Shown here: in pieces, positions 1-10,618 of the stretch
Layout of the letters: every line of letters begins with the position of its first letter
Numbering within the stretch: position 1 is the stretch's first letter
Assembly (NCBI GenBank): GCA_045531585.1
Contig: JAZSEH010000018.1
Location: forward strand, 3,031-67,030
DNA length: 64,000 nucleotides
Direction: 5' to 3'
Source of the DNA: Acutalibacteraceae bacterium
GTDB lineage: Bacteria > Bacillota > Clostridia > Oscillospirales > Acutalibacteraceae
Made by a program: the position numbers and the translations under genes
Notes under the pieces: generated by a model
Seen by the model: only the letters and a program-made list of their open reading frames with translations
Database searches by the model: none
Told to the model about the DNA's origin: nothing

Positions 1-133
1 CAATATACGAAAAAAATACACTTGTATTTGACAGGGCACACAAAGCGGATACTATTGCTATAAATATAATATTATTGCGTAAAAAACCTTTTTTTGATGA
101 AACGTTTTTCAATTACTGATCACTTCCAGAAAA

Positions 134-1213
134 TCACACTATATTGTTATTTAAAAACTCTTTATACTTTTCTATCGTGCCTTTTGATATATCAGTCCAT
201 GAAAAGTGCTTTTCTACCAGAAGGCGCGCGTTTTCAGATTTTTTTTGAAAACTTTCTTTTTCCTGAACCGCCTGTTCTATTTTTAACGATATGGCTTGGG
301 CATTGGTTTCACAACACCAGCCCGCATCACTTTCTTCTATAATATTGCCAATTGTGGTCCCTGTTGTCACAAGACAGGGCAATCCATAACTAAGCGCTTC
401 CAAAATTCCTGTTGGCATTCCTTCTGTTCGAGAAGTTTGAATAAATGCATCCGCATTAAGTAATACCGCTATTTTTTCCATCTCGAATACTGCGCTATTT
501 AATTTAACAATATCGGATATGTTTTTTTCTTTTATTAGTGCGGAGATACTTGCAAAACTTCCCTGATAATCGGGACCGTAAATACTGATACTTACGTTGT
601 TTTCACGAAGAAACTTTGCCGAAGTTCCAACCGCATCAAGCAATAAATCGATACCCTTGATATGTGTTTCAAGTCTTCCTATATAAACGAAATTTGTTTT
701 TTTTCTGTTAAAATCAGTCTTTACTTTCAGCGGCAGGTCAACGCCGTTTGTTCCTACAAATTTATTATTATGGAATTTTGTAGCATCAAGTTCTCTTTTG
801 GATAGCATCTGAAGTGCAGCTGCACCGTTTATAAATTTGTTAAATAAAAGGATGTTGGCAACACTCTTTTTAAGCCATTTCTTTTTTTGTGCCTGCTTTG
901 TTAGTGAACCGTGAGGGATAATGATATACGGAACACCTGAGGCTCTAAGCTGCTTTGATATTGACAAAAAGGCGGGTATATAAATTTCATGAAAAACCAC
1001 TAAATCAGGCGCTGAAAAAGGTTCCGGCAAAGATTTTATGGGATTTTTCGAATCATATATAAACTGATTGCTTATACCCTCAACCTCTATATTTTTAATA
1101 TTGATAAATCCCACATTTTGAAATTTATTTTGCGTTGTTATGTGTTTTGGTACCGCCACGCAAACTCCGTTACAGGGATTTTGAGTTATTGAAGCAATAT
1201 GCAAAATATTCAT
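134..1213 (-). CDS. Glycosyltransferase family 4 (GT-B, GT1/GT4 type)
   Basis: ORF 134..1225. It has the C-terminal motif [22 protein letters not shown] typical of GT4 donor-binding domains. I moved the start to ATG 1213 (MNILHIAS), which has GGAG 6 nt upstream. Confidence 0.85.
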   Translation of the reverse strand: MNILHIASITQNPCNGVCVAVPKHITTQNKFQNVGFINIKNIEVEGISNQFIYDSKNPIKSLPEPFSAPDLVVFHEIYIPAFLSISKQLRASGVPYIIIPHGSLTKQAQKKKWLKKSVANILLFNKFINGAAALQMLSKRELDATKFHNNKFVGTNGVDLPLKVKTDFNRKKTNFVYIGRLETHIKGIDLLLDAVGTSAKFLRENNVSISIYGPDYQGSFASISALIKEKNISDIVKLNSAVFEMEKIAVLLNADAFIQTSRTEGMPTGILEALSYGLPCLVTTGTTIGNIIEESDAGWCCETNAQAISLKIEQAVQEKESFQKKSENARLLVEKHFSWTDISKGTIEKYKEFLNNNIV

Positions 1214-1228
1214 ATCATTCTCCATTTT

Positions 1229-2125
1229 TTAAAATTTCATTTGTAGCAAAAGTTTACAGAAATAAACAGGAGCAGCAAAGAAACTTAACCCTCCGTTTTT
1301 TATCGCACTACCAAACTTTTTCATTCTTAAATATGCAAAAGCCAGGACTGCATAGTGCCGCATCTTTATATATCTTATATCCTGTGCCGAAAGATTATTG
1401 AAATATTTTTTCTTATATTCATAAAGGTCATTTTCGCCCTTGATTTTTCCCTCACCACTGGAAAGGCCTCCACTTTCTGTATGAATATATGCTTTAATGT
1501 CACTTTGCGGAAGATAACCGAAATTTCCTTTACCATTAATCGCCCTTAGCATCAAATAAAACTCATCACCTATATCAATAGGGGCAAACCCCCCTATGTT
1601 CATCAGATATTCCTTCCGAAACATCATAGCATCCGTTCCTGTAAGGTGATATTTCAGGTGATACCCAAGCAAAGAATCAGGCGCGATATCTTTAATATAG
1701 TTTCTTACTCTTTTATCAATCAATTTATCATTTTCATTATATAAGTTAAGATCCGTAATTGAATAATCATAATTGCCGTTTTCCATAAAAGTGATCTGTC
1801 TCTCGATTTTGTTAGGAAGATACAAATCATCATCATCAAGAAATGTCACATAATTACCTTGCGATTTAACAATCCCAATATTCCTTGTTTTCGCTGAACC
1901 GAGATTTGATTCATTAACAATATACTGTATATTAATATCAGGAAACTTTTTTTGAAAATCATTTACAATAACTGCTACTTTTTTATTCCATTCCTCGTTT
2001 GCATTGTCATCTACAAGAATTATCTCAAATTCCTTGTATGTTTGATTCACAATAGACTCTATCGCTTTTTTTAAAGAATCCTCTCTCCTGTATGTTGCTA
2101 TTACAACGCTTACTAATGGCTTCAT
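1229..2125 (-). CDS. Glycosyltransferase family 2
   Basis: The N-terminus VSVVIATYRREDSLKKAIESIVNQTYKEFEIILVDDNAN and a DDDD motif are classic GT2 (GT-A) signatures. Confidence 0.85.
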   Translation of the reverse strand: MKPLVSVVIATYRREDSLKKAIESIVNQTYKEFEIILVDDNANEEWNKKVAVIVNDFQKKFPDINIQYIVNESNLGSAKTRNIGIVKSQGNYVTFLDDDDLYLPNKIERQITFMENGNYDYSITDLNLYNENDKLIDKRVRNYIKDIAPDSLLGYHLKYHLTGTDAMMFRKEYLMNIGGFAPIDIGDEFYLMLRAINGKGNFGYLPQSDIKAYIHTESGGLSSGEGKIKGENDLYEYKKKYFNNLSAQDIRYIKMRHYAVLAFAYLRMKKFGSAIKNGGLSFFAAPVYFCKLLLQMKF

Positions 2126-2766
2126 TATTTATTTACCTTTTCCCTTCCCGTTCCCTTATTCCATTCGATATCTGTATTCGCACCTGTGCCGCCCTCAACA
2201 ACACCTTCTGATTTGAGCACTGAACGTACAGTTCCAAAAAAGCATTTACAGTCAAAACCAAAGCTCATTTTTTCAACATAATCTCCGTCAAAACGGGCTT
2301 TAAGCTCTATTTCCAATTCGTCCCTGCCGTTTATTTGTGCCCAGCCTGTAAGACCTGGGCGCACAGCGTTAGCTGAATATTTATCACGCTCTGCTATCAA
2401 ATCATCCTGCGTCCAGAGTGCAGGTCGCGGACCAATGATGCTCATATCGCCCTTTAAAATATTCCATATTTGAGGGAGCTCATCAAGGCTTGTTTTTCTT
2501 AAAAAGGCACCAACCTTGCTTATGTACTGCTGAGGATCCTTAAGTAAATGGGTTGGAAGCTCAGGTGTGTTCACCTTCATACTGCGGAATTTATAAAGCC
2601 AAAAATGTTTTTTATCTTTTCCCACACGCTTTTGCCTGAAAAAGGCGGGACCGGGGTCATCAATTTTTATTGCAATTATAACAATTAAAAACAACGGAAA
2701 CAGTATTACCAATCCAACAGCGGATAAAAAAATATCAAGTATCCTTTTTAAAAAGTTACAATACAT
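2125..2766 (-). CDS. Bacterial sugar transferase (polyprenyl-phosphate hexose-1-phosphate transferase, WbaP/EpsL-like C-terminal domain type)
   Basis: One N-terminal TM helix followed by RPGLTGWAQINGRDE and the SLDELPQIWNILKGDMSIIGPRP motifs of the PF02397 family. Overlaps the GT2 start by 1 nt. Confidence 0.85.
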   Translation of the reverse strand: MYCNFLKRILDIFLSAVGLVILFPLFLIVIIAIKIDDPGPAFFRQKRVGKDKKHFWLYKFRSMKVNTPELPTHLLKDPQQYISKVGAFLRKTSLDELPQIWNILKGDMSIIGPRPALWTQDDLIAERDKYSANAVRPGLTGWAQINGRDELEIELKARFDGDYVEKMSFGFDCKCFFGTVRSVLKSEGVVEGGTGANTDIEWNKGTGREKVNK

Positions 2767-2876
2767 TTCATCACCGTATTTCCCCTAAAAATAAACACAA
2801 ATATACATATCAAGTCTACCACAAAACACATAATGTGTCAACTTAAAGTAGCCAATTTTTATGCTTTTTACAAAAA

Positions 2877-2908
2877 AAGAACCGAATTGTCGGGACAATT
2901 CAGTTCTT
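2877..2908 (-). terminator. Rho-independent terminator of the MFS-like gene
   Basis: 15-bp stem (aagaaccgaattgtc / gacaattcagttctt, one mismatch) followed on the minus strand by a T7 run. Overlaps the stop codon. Confidence 0.6.
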
Positions 2909-4129
2909 GATTCTTTTTAAATAAATATAATATGTGAAGGTACAAACCTGCATACACAGGACTGCTATTACCGCCGTAAGTGTTGCGCCTAAGCTTTCCA
3001 CCATATTCATTACAGCGGCACTGGATAATGCTATTCCCATCGTGTGAAGCAGCATTCTGTAAGAGGAATACTGTCCTATATACTCATAATCCACCATTTT
3101 AACAACCGAAACCGGTACACAGTAATCAATAAACACGTTAAAGAAGTTTGCAAAGAAATACATTGCATAAAACAAAAGCTTGGAGGAGGATACAAACATA
3201 ACAGGCATCGTCACCCCAAGAGCTATTCCCGCAAAAAGGAGAATTTTGCCCTCTTTTCCAAATTTTGCTATTACGGAATAAATAAAACAACCTATAAGTG
3301 TGGCAAGCTGAAGCAGGGTGGTTAGTACCGCACTGGAGGAGTTATCGGTTATCCCCTCCCCGTGCCCTATGGTCATACTTACAAGAAGGATTCCGCTGCA
3401 AAAGCCGCGAAGCAGATTGGGGATAATAAACCTATAAAACGGTTTGTACCTGAATATATTTATTCGTTTTTCTTTCCTCGTTTTTTCAACGGGATCTATA
3501 GGCTTAATACTGAGAATTATTATAAAAGCAAAAGTGAGTAGCGCTATACCGATAATAAAGAAAACAAGCATTGCCGCGTTGTAGTCATATTTTGCGGTAA
3601 AATATGACATACCGGCTGAAAACGCGGTGCCTAAAATGCCTGTTACCACGCCTGCCCGTGCGGTGTTCTCACCGTACTCCTTCATAGAGAAAATATGGTA
3701 TGGCACCTTATAGCATAATGCGTTATATACTGCCTGAACGGCATTTACCGCCAAGCCCACGGTAAATAGCACCGAGTAAAGCACACCCACAGACGGTGCA
3801 GGAACAATACAGAAAAACGCCTGTGCAAAAATGAGCGAAACGGGAAAAAACAGAGTAAGGGCAAAGGTGCGTAAAACGTTTTTCACCCTGTCCACAAAAA
3901 GCGAGAACAGCAGCATTACCGCGACCTGAACTATTTGCACCACCGAAAGGTATGCTGTAACCTGCTTTTCCCCTACCCCGTTATTAAGCATAAAGGCCTG
4001 TATTATTGAGCCCGTTACCATAACAAGGGCAACGGTGCTAACTGTATGTAAGGAAATATATTTTGTACTGTTTTTCATTTTCAAAATCTCTTTCATGCTT
4101 AAAAAACGTATTTTGTGTATCATACTCAT
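2900..4129 (-). CDS. Multi-pass membrane transporter, MFS-like (about 12 TM segments)
   Basis: The ORF is hydrophobic throughout, with two six-helix halves separated by a basic loop (KTRKEKRINIFRYK). The start is uncertain: a TGaTATAAT -10 box at 4130-4138 makes ATG 4129 unlikely, so candidates are ATG 4123 (leaderless geometry), 4096 or 4078. Confidence 0.6.
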   Translation of the reverse strand: MSMIHKIRFLSMKEILKMKNSTKYISLHTVSTVALVMVTGSIIQAFMLNNGVGEKQVTAYLSVVQIVQVAVMLLFSLFVDRVKNVLRTFALTLFFPVSLIFAQAFFCIVPAPSVGVLYSVLFTVGLAVNAVQAVYNALCYKVPYHIFSMKEYGENTARAGVVTGILGTAFSAGMSYFTAKYDYNAAMLVFFIIGIALLTFAFIIILSIKPIDPVEKTRKEKRINIFRYKPFYRFIIPNLLRGFCSGILLVSMTIGHGEGITDNSSSAVLTTLLQLATLIGCFIYSVIAKFGKEGKILLFAGIALGVTMPVMFVSSSKLLFYAMYFFANFFNVFIDYCVPVSVVKMVDYEYIGQYSSYRMLLHTMGIALSSAAVMNMVESLGATLTAVIAVLCMQVCTFTYYIYLKRIKN

Positions 4130-4273
4130 ATTATATCAAAAAAAGAAAGCAGACAATACTTTAACACGACAAATTGAAGCACTCTATGTCGTTTGAGGAA
4201 ATATTTTAGGTATATTGAATTCGGCACCCGGCATAACGCAACCAAAAAAGGTTTTGTACGTACCGAGTGTTCA

Positions 4274-5713
4274 TCACACTAAGGCTTTTTTGCTTTTAAT
4301 AAGCGTATAATAAACGTAGGCCACAAGGTAAATAAGGCATACTATTACGGCCAACGCCTTACCGCTGAAATCTATGGTTGCAAATGGCAGGGCGCCGAAA
4401 TATTCTATTACTGAAAGACTGTATTTTGAAAGCAGACCTGCAAGGAAAAAGCAGGGGTATGCAATAAACTTTATTTTGCCTGTCAGAGTACCTACAATTC
4501 CCAGAACAAGCATTGCCGAAACCGCGTAGCTTATAAGAATATTGGTAATAAGTGACACCGCCGATACCCACTGGTAGGTGTAAAGGACTATAGGTAGTGT
4601 TAGAATATTGGCGCTTATCGTTACCGAGACGGCGTCAACCATTTCCTTTAAAAGGTATACTTTTTCGGTACGCAGTACGTTATTTACTTTACCCGAAAGC
4701 ATTGGTGCCAAAACAAGTATGCCGTAGGTGGCCGAAAGAGTTAACTGAAAGGATACGCTATAGGCGGCAAAGGGGTCTATTAACAAAACTAATATTACGG
4801 TCAGGGAAAGAGCAGAAAGAGAATCGTGGTCTCGGCGGAAAAAGCTTGAAAGGCTAATAACAATATATGTTATTCCTGCACGGAGCACAGATTTTGAGAA
4901 TCCGCAAAACAGCATTATAAAAAACACTACCGCCAGCATTGTTATATTTTGAATATACTGATTTGGCAGCACACGGCGCAACACGTATATTAAAGTGGCA
5001 CAAACAATTGATAAATGCATACCAGAAACCACTATCATATGAGTAACGCCGCTCGCCTTTATAAGGCCGTAGGCCTCATCGCTTATGTCACTTCTATCCC
5101 CTGTTATAACGGCAATAATCAGCTGACCCAAATCCCCTTGAATATAATTAAGCACCGTTTCTTTAACGTATTGCTGTAAAGAAAAAAGCTTATATCTAAA
5201 GGTTTGCCTTCCCTTCTGTACCGAATCAGGCTCATCGGCAGAGGCTTTAAGAAAAACCTTGTCTGCATAAAAGGAAGGACTTTCCTTCGTAGATTCAAGC
5301 TCTGCGGTAGCGGTTATGCGGTCCCCGGGGAAAAGATTATCCTTAAATGTGATAAAAACTATATTTGTGCCCTTTATCTTTCTGTTTCCTATTTTTTCAA
5401 GCCTTGCATTGTATGAATGAGCAACGCCGTAATCCGTTTCAGGGGTGGTTATAACTGCAGTTATTTCACGGGTCTTGCCGTTATAGGCCTGTGCCCTTTG
5501 GGATATAGCTATATTTGACAGTGTAACGGGAATAAGTATAACCAAAAATAAGGCCGCAAATAAAATTTGCGGCCTTTTGCATTTTAAAAAATATAAGACT
5601 AAATATGCCACAACCACGCACACAGCCGTTATCATATACAGCACCGTGCTTTCAAGCGCTATAAAGGAAAGCAGCATTGCGGCAAATCCTGCAAAAAGGA
5701 GTGGTGCACGCAC
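4274..5713 (-). CDS. comEC: ComEC/Rec2 family competence protein (DUF4131 + competence domain only, no C-terminal metallo-beta-lactamase domain)
   Basis: The motif GVTHMIVVSGMHLSIV is the conserved ComEC competence-domain signature. The protein is polytopic. GTG start 6 nt after the upstream stop. Confidence 0.8.
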   Translation of the reverse strand: MRAPLLFAGFAAMLLSFIALESTVLYMITAVCVVVAYLVLYFLKCKRPQILFAALFLVILIPVTLSNIAISQRAQAYNGKTREITAVITTPETDYGVAHSYNARLEKIGNRKIKGTNIVFITFKDNLFPGDRITATAELESTKESPSFYADKVFLKASADEPDSVQKGRQTFRYKLFSLQQYVKETVLNYIQGDLGQLIIAVITGDRSDISDEAYGLIKASGVTHMIVVSGMHLSIVCATLIYVLRRVLPNQYIQNITMLAVVFFIMLFCGFSKSVLRAGITYIVISLSSFFRRDHDSLSALSLTVILVLLIDPFAAYSVSFQLTLSATYGILVLAPMLSGKVNNVLRTEKVYLLKEMVDAVSVTISANILTLPIVLYTYQWVSAVSLITNILISYAVSAMLVLGIVGTLTGKIKFIAYPCFFLAGLLSKYSLSVIEYFGALPFATIDFSGKALAVIVCLIYLVAYVYYTLIKSKKALV

Positions 5714-5719
5714 TTTTTA

Positions 5720-6262
5720 TCAGTCCTTAAAAAAGAGCGGAAGGGGCTCTAAGAATATAATATCGTCACGCCTTGCGGCATCGCCTTCGGCAAGAACCGC
5801 GCAGGCGGCAGACACGGTAGTCTGAGCCTTTTCCATAAGGGCATACATAGCCTCAAGGGATTCACCCGTGCTTATTACGTCATCCACAACAAGCACCTTT
5901 TTACCCTGAATTTTCTCAACGTCCTCCATACCAAGGTACAGCTTTTGCACATGGTCGGTGGTGATGGAACGCACCTGCACCTCAATGGGGTCACGCATAT
6001 AAACCTTAACACCCTTACGGGCAACTATGTAGGGCTTACCCGACTGCCTTGCCATTTCGTAAGCAAGGGGTATACTCTTGGCCTCAGGGGTTACAATGGC
6101 ATCAAACTCGGGTACCTTTTCAAGAAGCTGTTTGGCGGCGGCAACGGTAACCTCAACGTCACCAAAAAGTATAAATGCGGCAATATCAAGCTTGTCGCTA
6201 ACAGGGAATTTTTCAAGTTTCCTGTCAAGTCCTGCTATTTTCATCTCATAGTATTCAGACAT
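5720..6262 (-). CDS. Phosphoribosyltransferase family protein (purine/adenine PRT-like)
   Basis: PRPP-binding loop KKVLVVDDVISTGESL. Confidence 0.7.
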   Translation of the reverse strand: MSEYYEMKIAGLDRKLEKFPVSDKLDIAAFILFGDVEVTVAAAKQLLEKVPEFDAIVTPEAKSIPLAYEMARQSGKPYIVARKGVKVYMRDPIEVQVRSITTDHVQKLYLGMEDVEKIQGKKVLVVDDVISTGESLEAMYALMEKAQTTVSAACAVLAEGDAARRDDIIFLEPLPLFFKD

Positions 6263-6285
6263 TGCTTTTCATTCCTTTCTGTATT

Positions 6286-6624
6286 TTAGCCGGGAGGCCA
6301 CTGAAGATTTCTTCTTGCAAGCAGGTGAAAATGGATGTGACCTACGGTTTGTCCCCCATCCTCACCACAGTTATTTACAACTCGAAAGCCCTTTTCAAGG
6401 TTTTCCTGCTTTGCAATTTTTGCAACGGCCTCAAACACCTTGGCTATAAGACCGCTGTTTTCCTGAGTTATCTCGGCAGCACTTGCAATATGCTCCTTAG
6501 GAATTATAATAGCGTGAAAGGGTGCCTGAGGGTCAATGTCGGCAAAAGCATAGACCCATTCATCCTCATAAATTTTTGTTGAGGGAATATCTCCCGTAAC
6601 TATTTTACAAAATAAGCAATCCAT
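6286..6624 (-). CDS. HIT family (histidine triad) nucleotide hydrolase
   Basis: C-terminal GQTVGHIHFHLL histidine triad motif; 112 aa. Confidence 0.88.
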   Translation of the reverse strand: MDCLFCKIVTGDIPSTKIYEDEWVYAFADIDPQAPFHAIIIPKEHIASAAEITQENSGLIAKVFEAVAKIAKQENLEKGFRVVNNCGEDGGQTVGHIHFHLLARRNLQWPPG

Positions 6625-6627
6625 TTT

Positions 6628-9255
6628 TTATGCTCCTATCATTTGGCCAAGAAGCTGTGCGGCGGCGCTGATAGCCGACTGGGCCTTATCAACGCTCTTA
6701 CCGCCCGCCATGGCGCTGTCGGGCTTACCGCCGCCGTTACCGTCGGCAAGCTTGGCAATCTCACGAACCAAATTACCTGCATGGGCACCTGCTTTTATAG
6801 CGTCTGCACCACAGGTTACACAGAAGGTAAGCTTAGCACCGTTTATTGCCCCAAGCACTGCAACAAAATCGGCGTGGTCGCCCTTAATGCGCTCACACAT
6901 ATTGCGAAGCTCATCAGGTGTAACGTCCGTCATAACGTCGGTTACAAGGCTTAAAGCGCCAACCTTTACGGCATTCTTTATAATCTCATCTATCTTACCG
7001 CCTGCAAGCTGAGCCTCCAGCTTTTCAAGAGACTTCTCCAGCTCCTTAATTTCGCCGTTTAACTGTGCGGCCTTTGCAGGAATATCTGCAATGTTGTTAA
7101 CCTTAAGCTGTGCGGCGGTATCTGCCATAAGGGCGCGGTCCTTATTCATAAGCTCAATTACGTTAAGGCCTGTATAAGCTTCAATTCTGCGCACACCTGC
7201 GGCAACGCTGGCCTCGGAAACAATGCGGAAAAGGCCTATCTTTGCGGTATTATCAATATGGGTACCACCGCAAAGCTCTACCGAGCGGTCCCCTGCGGCA
7301 ACAACACGAACTACCTCACCGTACTTTTCACCGAACAGAGCCATTGCGCCCATTGCCTTAGCCTTATCTATTGCCATTTCCTCGTTAACAACGGTAATAC
7401 CTGTGAGAATGCTATCGTTTACCTGGGCCTCAACTGCTGAAAGCTCTTCGGCAGTAAGGGCTGAAAAATGGGTAAAGTCAAAGCGCACACTCTTTTCATT
7501 TACAAGCTGACCTGCCTGTTCAACGTGAGTGCCAAGCACCTTACGAAGTGCTGCCTGAAGAAGGTGGGCCGCGGTGTGGTTACGTCGGATAGCCATACGG
7601 CGAACATTATCTATTGTAGCGGTAACGGTATCACCAACCGATACGACACCTGTTTTTACGGTACCAAAGTGGGTGAACACGCCGCCTGTGGTTTTTTTAG
7701 TGTCGGTAACAACCATTTCAAAGTCTGAGGAAGAAATAACACCCGTATCTCCTACCTGACCGCCGCTTTCAGCATAGAAGGCGGTTTTATCAAGCACAAT
7801 TATAGCCTTTGAACCCTCACCTGCTACTGCGGTATGCTCTCCGTCAATAACAATGTCAAGCACCTTTGCGGTACACTGTGTCTCAGTATATCCCACAAAC
7901 TCGGTAGCGCCTACACCGTCGAAGCTCACTCCCTCACTCTTCCAGCTTTCACCGTCACTTGCCTTTCGGGCATTTCTTGCACGGTTCTTCTGGTCCTCCA
8001 TAAGTTCCTTAAAGCGGTCCTCGTCAAGGGTCATTCCCTTTTCCCCAAGAATATCCTTGGTTAAATCAATGGGGAAGCCATAGGTATCATAAAGCTTAAA
8101 TGCATCCTCACCGGAAAGGGTACCGCCGTTTTTGGTAAGGTCGGCAAGCATATTAAGGCCCTGGTCTATGGTCTTGTTAAAGTTTGCCTCCTCGTTATTT
8201 ATAACCTTGGCAATAAGCTCACGCTTTTCGTCAAGCTCGGGATAGCCTGCTCTGTTCTCACCGATAACGGCATCGCAAAGCTCCATAAAGAAGGTGCGGT
8301 TAATACCTATAAGCTTACCGTGACGAACTGCGCGGCGGATTATACGGCGCAGAACGTAGCCTCTGCCCTCGTTAGAAGGAATAATACCGTCACTTATCAT
8401 AAAGGTGGAGGCTCTTGCGTGGTCGGTAATGGCACGGATGGATATGTCAACATTTTTATCCTTGCCGTACTCCTTGCCTGAAATTTCGCAGACCTTGTTT
8501 AATATATTGCGGATGGTGTCAACCTCAAACATATTATCAACATCCTGCATAACGCAGGCAAGACGCTCAAGACCCATACCTGTATCAATATTTTTATGCT
8601 CAAGCTCGGTATAGGTACCGTCTCCCATATTATTAAACTGGGAGAAAACGTTGTTCCAGATTTCCATATAGCGGTCACAATCACAGCCAGGCTTACAGTC
8701 GGGTGAACCACAGCCGTACTTTTCACCGCGGTCAAAATATATCTCAGAGCAGGGGCCGCAGGGACCTGTACCGTGCTCCCAGAAGTTATCGGCCTTACCA
8801 AGGCGAACAATATGTGCCTCAGGCACACCTATAACGTCACGCCAGATGGCATATGCCTCGTCATCCTCCTCATAAACCGAGGGCCAGAGTCTATCCTCAG
8901 GTATCTCAAGAGTCTTGGTTAAAAACTCCCAAGCCCAGGGAATAGCCTCATTCTTAAAGTAATCACCAAAGGAGAAGTTACCCAGCATCTCAAAGTATGT
9001 ACCGTGGCGTGCAGTATGACCAACACGCTCAAGGTCGGGGGTACGGATACATTTCTGGCAGGTGGTAACGCGGTTTCTGGGGGGCACTACCTCACCTGTA
9101 AAATACTTCTTCATAGGTGCCATACCAGAGTTTATAAGAAGAAGGGAGTTATCGTTATTAGGCACCAATGAAAAGCTGGGCAGACGAAGGTGGCCCTTGC
9201 TTTCAAAGAAGCTTAAATATTTTTCTCTAAGTGTGTTAAGTGACATCCATTCCAT
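6628..9255 (-). CDS. alaS: Alanine--tRNA ligase
   Basis: 875 aa. N-terminus LREKYLSFFESKGH, editing-domain HxxxH (HTAAHLL) and CGGTH motifs, and a C-terminal DHHA1-like tail. Confidence 0.97.
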   Translation of the reverse strand: MEWMSLNTLREKYLSFFESKGHLRLPSFSLVPNNDNSLLLINSGMAPMKKYFTGEVVPPRNRVTTCQKCIRTPDLERVGHTARHGTYFEMLGNFSFGDYFKNEAIPWAWEFLTKTLEIPEDRLWPSVYEEDDEAYAIWRDVIGVPEAHIVRLGKADNFWEHGTGPCGPCSEIYFDRGEKYGCGSPDCKPGCDCDRYMEIWNNVFSQFNNMGDGTYTELEHKNIDTGMGLERLACVMQDVDNMFEVDTIRNILNKVCEISGKEYGKDKNVDISIRAITDHARASTFMISDGIIPSNEGRGYVLRRIIRRAVRHGKLIGINRTFFMELCDAVIGENRAGYPELDEKRELIAKVINNEEANFNKTIDQGLNMLADLTKNGGTLSGEDAFKLYDTYGFPIDLTKDILGEKGMTLDEDRFKELMEDQKNRARNARKASDGESWKSEGVSFDGVGATEFVGYTETQCTAKVLDIVIDGEHTAVAGEGSKAIIVLDKTAFYAESGGQVGDTGVISSSDFEMVVTDTKKTTGGVFTHFGTVKTGVVSVGDTVTATIDNVRRMAIRRNHTAAHLLQAALRKVLGTHVEQAGQLVNEKSVRFDFTHFSALTAEELSAVEAQVNDSILTGITVVNEEMAIDKAKAMGAMALFGEKYGEVVRVVAAGDRSVELCGGTHIDNTAKIGLFRIVSEASVAAGVRRIEAYTGLNVIELMNKDRALMADTAAQLKVNNIADIPAKAAQLNGEIKELEKSLEKLEAQLAGGKIDEIIKNAVKVGALSLVTDVMTDVTPDELRNMCERIKGDHADFVAVLGAINGAKLTFCVTCGADAIKAGAHAGNLVREIAKLADGNGGGKPDSAMAGGKSVDKAQSAISAAAQLLGQMIGA

Positions 9256-9282
9256 TTTTTAATACTTCCTAACTGTTTATTT

Positions 9283-10038
9283 TTAAAATCCGCCACGGGA
9301 GGCTCCACCGCCGCCGAAACGACCGCCGCCACCCGAAAATCCGCCGCCTGAGCCGCGACCACCGTGGTGCCCTCCCCTGCCGCTAAAAGCAAGAAGGTAT
9401 AGGAAAAGCCGTGGATTACGGATAAATATTATTACCACTATAACAAGCAAAACTATTCCGCCAATAACCTGCAAGGGGGAAAGCTCCTCCTCGTCAAGGT
9501 CGGCATTATATTTTTCATCAATATTTTCGGTTAAATTAAACTCGGTATAAACCTCATTTATAAGGGCGCTGTAAGCACCCTTAAGACCTGTGGAAAATTC
9601 ATCTACCCTGAAGTAGGGAATTGCATAGGTATCAAGTATTCGACCTGCCTTGGCATCGTTAACGGCGCCCTCAAGGCCGTAGCCCACCTGAATGGTGGCC
9701 TGCCTGTCCCCTACACTTAACAGCAAAACTATTCCCGTATCACTTTTTGCCTCACCTACGCCCCATTTGTTCCCCAGCTCAAGGGCATAGTCGTTAACCT
9801 CCATACCCTCAAGAGAATCAACGGTAACCACCACAACCTGAGCCTTGGTGGCCTTATAAAGTGCAGCTCCCTTGTTTAGCATTTCGTTTTCATCCAAATC
9901 GGAGATAACGTTTGCAAAGTCGTTAACAAAGAAATTGCTTGTGGGGGATGGATAGGAAACGGCGCCTGTCAAAACACCGATAGCCGCTATCAGCAAAAGG
10001 CAGATACCGGCTATTTTTAAGGTATATTTTTTAATCAA
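9283..10038 (-). CDS. TPM domain-containing protein (YgcG-like) with TM anchor and Gly-rich tail
   Basis: Signal/TM segment, TPM-type domain, a second TM helix and the C-terminal GGHHGGRGSGGGFSGGGGRFGGGG tail. Overlaps lemA by 8 nt, which is the usual LemA-TPM pairing. Confidence 0.75.
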   Translation of the reverse strand: MIKKYTLKIAGICLLLIAAIGVLTGAVSYPSPTSNFFVNDFANVISDLDENEMLNKGAALYKATKAQVVVVTVDSLEGMEVNDYALELGNKWGVGEAKSDTGIVLLLSVGDRQATIQVGYGLEGAVNDAKAGRILDTYAIPYFRVDEFSTGLKGAYSALINEVYTEFNLTENIDEKYNADLDEEELSPLQVIGGIVLLVIVVIIFIRNPRLFLYLLAFSGRGGHHGGRGSGGGFSGGGGRFGGGGASRGGF

Positions 10039-10603
10039 AGCTTACCTCGGGAACGTTCTGAGCATCCGCATCGGCCTCAAAGAAATCAGCCTTTTCAAAG
10101 CCGAACATTCCGGCAATGATATTTTTGGGGAATTTACGGATGGAGGAATTATAGTCCTGAACCGCTTCGTTATAGGTCTTTCTCTCCTGAGCTATACGGT
10201 TTTCACTGCCTGCAAGCTCATCCTGCAGGGCAATAAAGTTTTGGTTAGCCTTTAACTGAGGATAATTTTCAACCACAACAAGAAGTCTTGAAAGGGCTGA
10301 ATCAAGGGCTGCATTTGCCTCCCCTGCTTCCTCAACAGTTTTAGCACCGCTAAGTGCAGCGCGCGCATCGGCAATGGCGGTATATACCTCCTCCTCGTGG
10401 GCGGCATAGCCCTTAACGGTGTTAACAAGGTTGGGTATTAAATCGCTTCTGCGCTGAAGTACGTTTTGCACCTGAGCAAACTGACTGTCCACCGCAGTTT
10501 GCTTTTCAACAAGGCCGTTATAAGAGCCTACAATGGACGAAATAAGAATGATAACAACAAGGGCAATAACGCCTAAGATTATCCATAATTTTTTATTTTT
10601 CAT
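10031..10603 (-). CDS. lemA: LemA family protein
   Basis: N-terminal TM helix plus the conserved YNGLV...QRRSDLIPNLV...ENYPQLKA...R..YN LemA pattern. Confidence 0.88.
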   Translation of the reverse strand: MKNKKLWIILGVIALVVIILISSIVGSYNGLVEKQTAVDSQFAQVQNVLQRRSDLIPNLVNTVKGYAAHEEEVYTAIADARAALSGAKTVEEAGEANAALDSALSRLLVVVENYPQLKANQNFIALQDELAGSENRIAQERKTYNEAVQDYNSSIRKFPKNIIAGMFGFEKADFFEADADAQNVPEVSFD

Positions 10604-10618
10604 AAAGATTTCTCCTTT

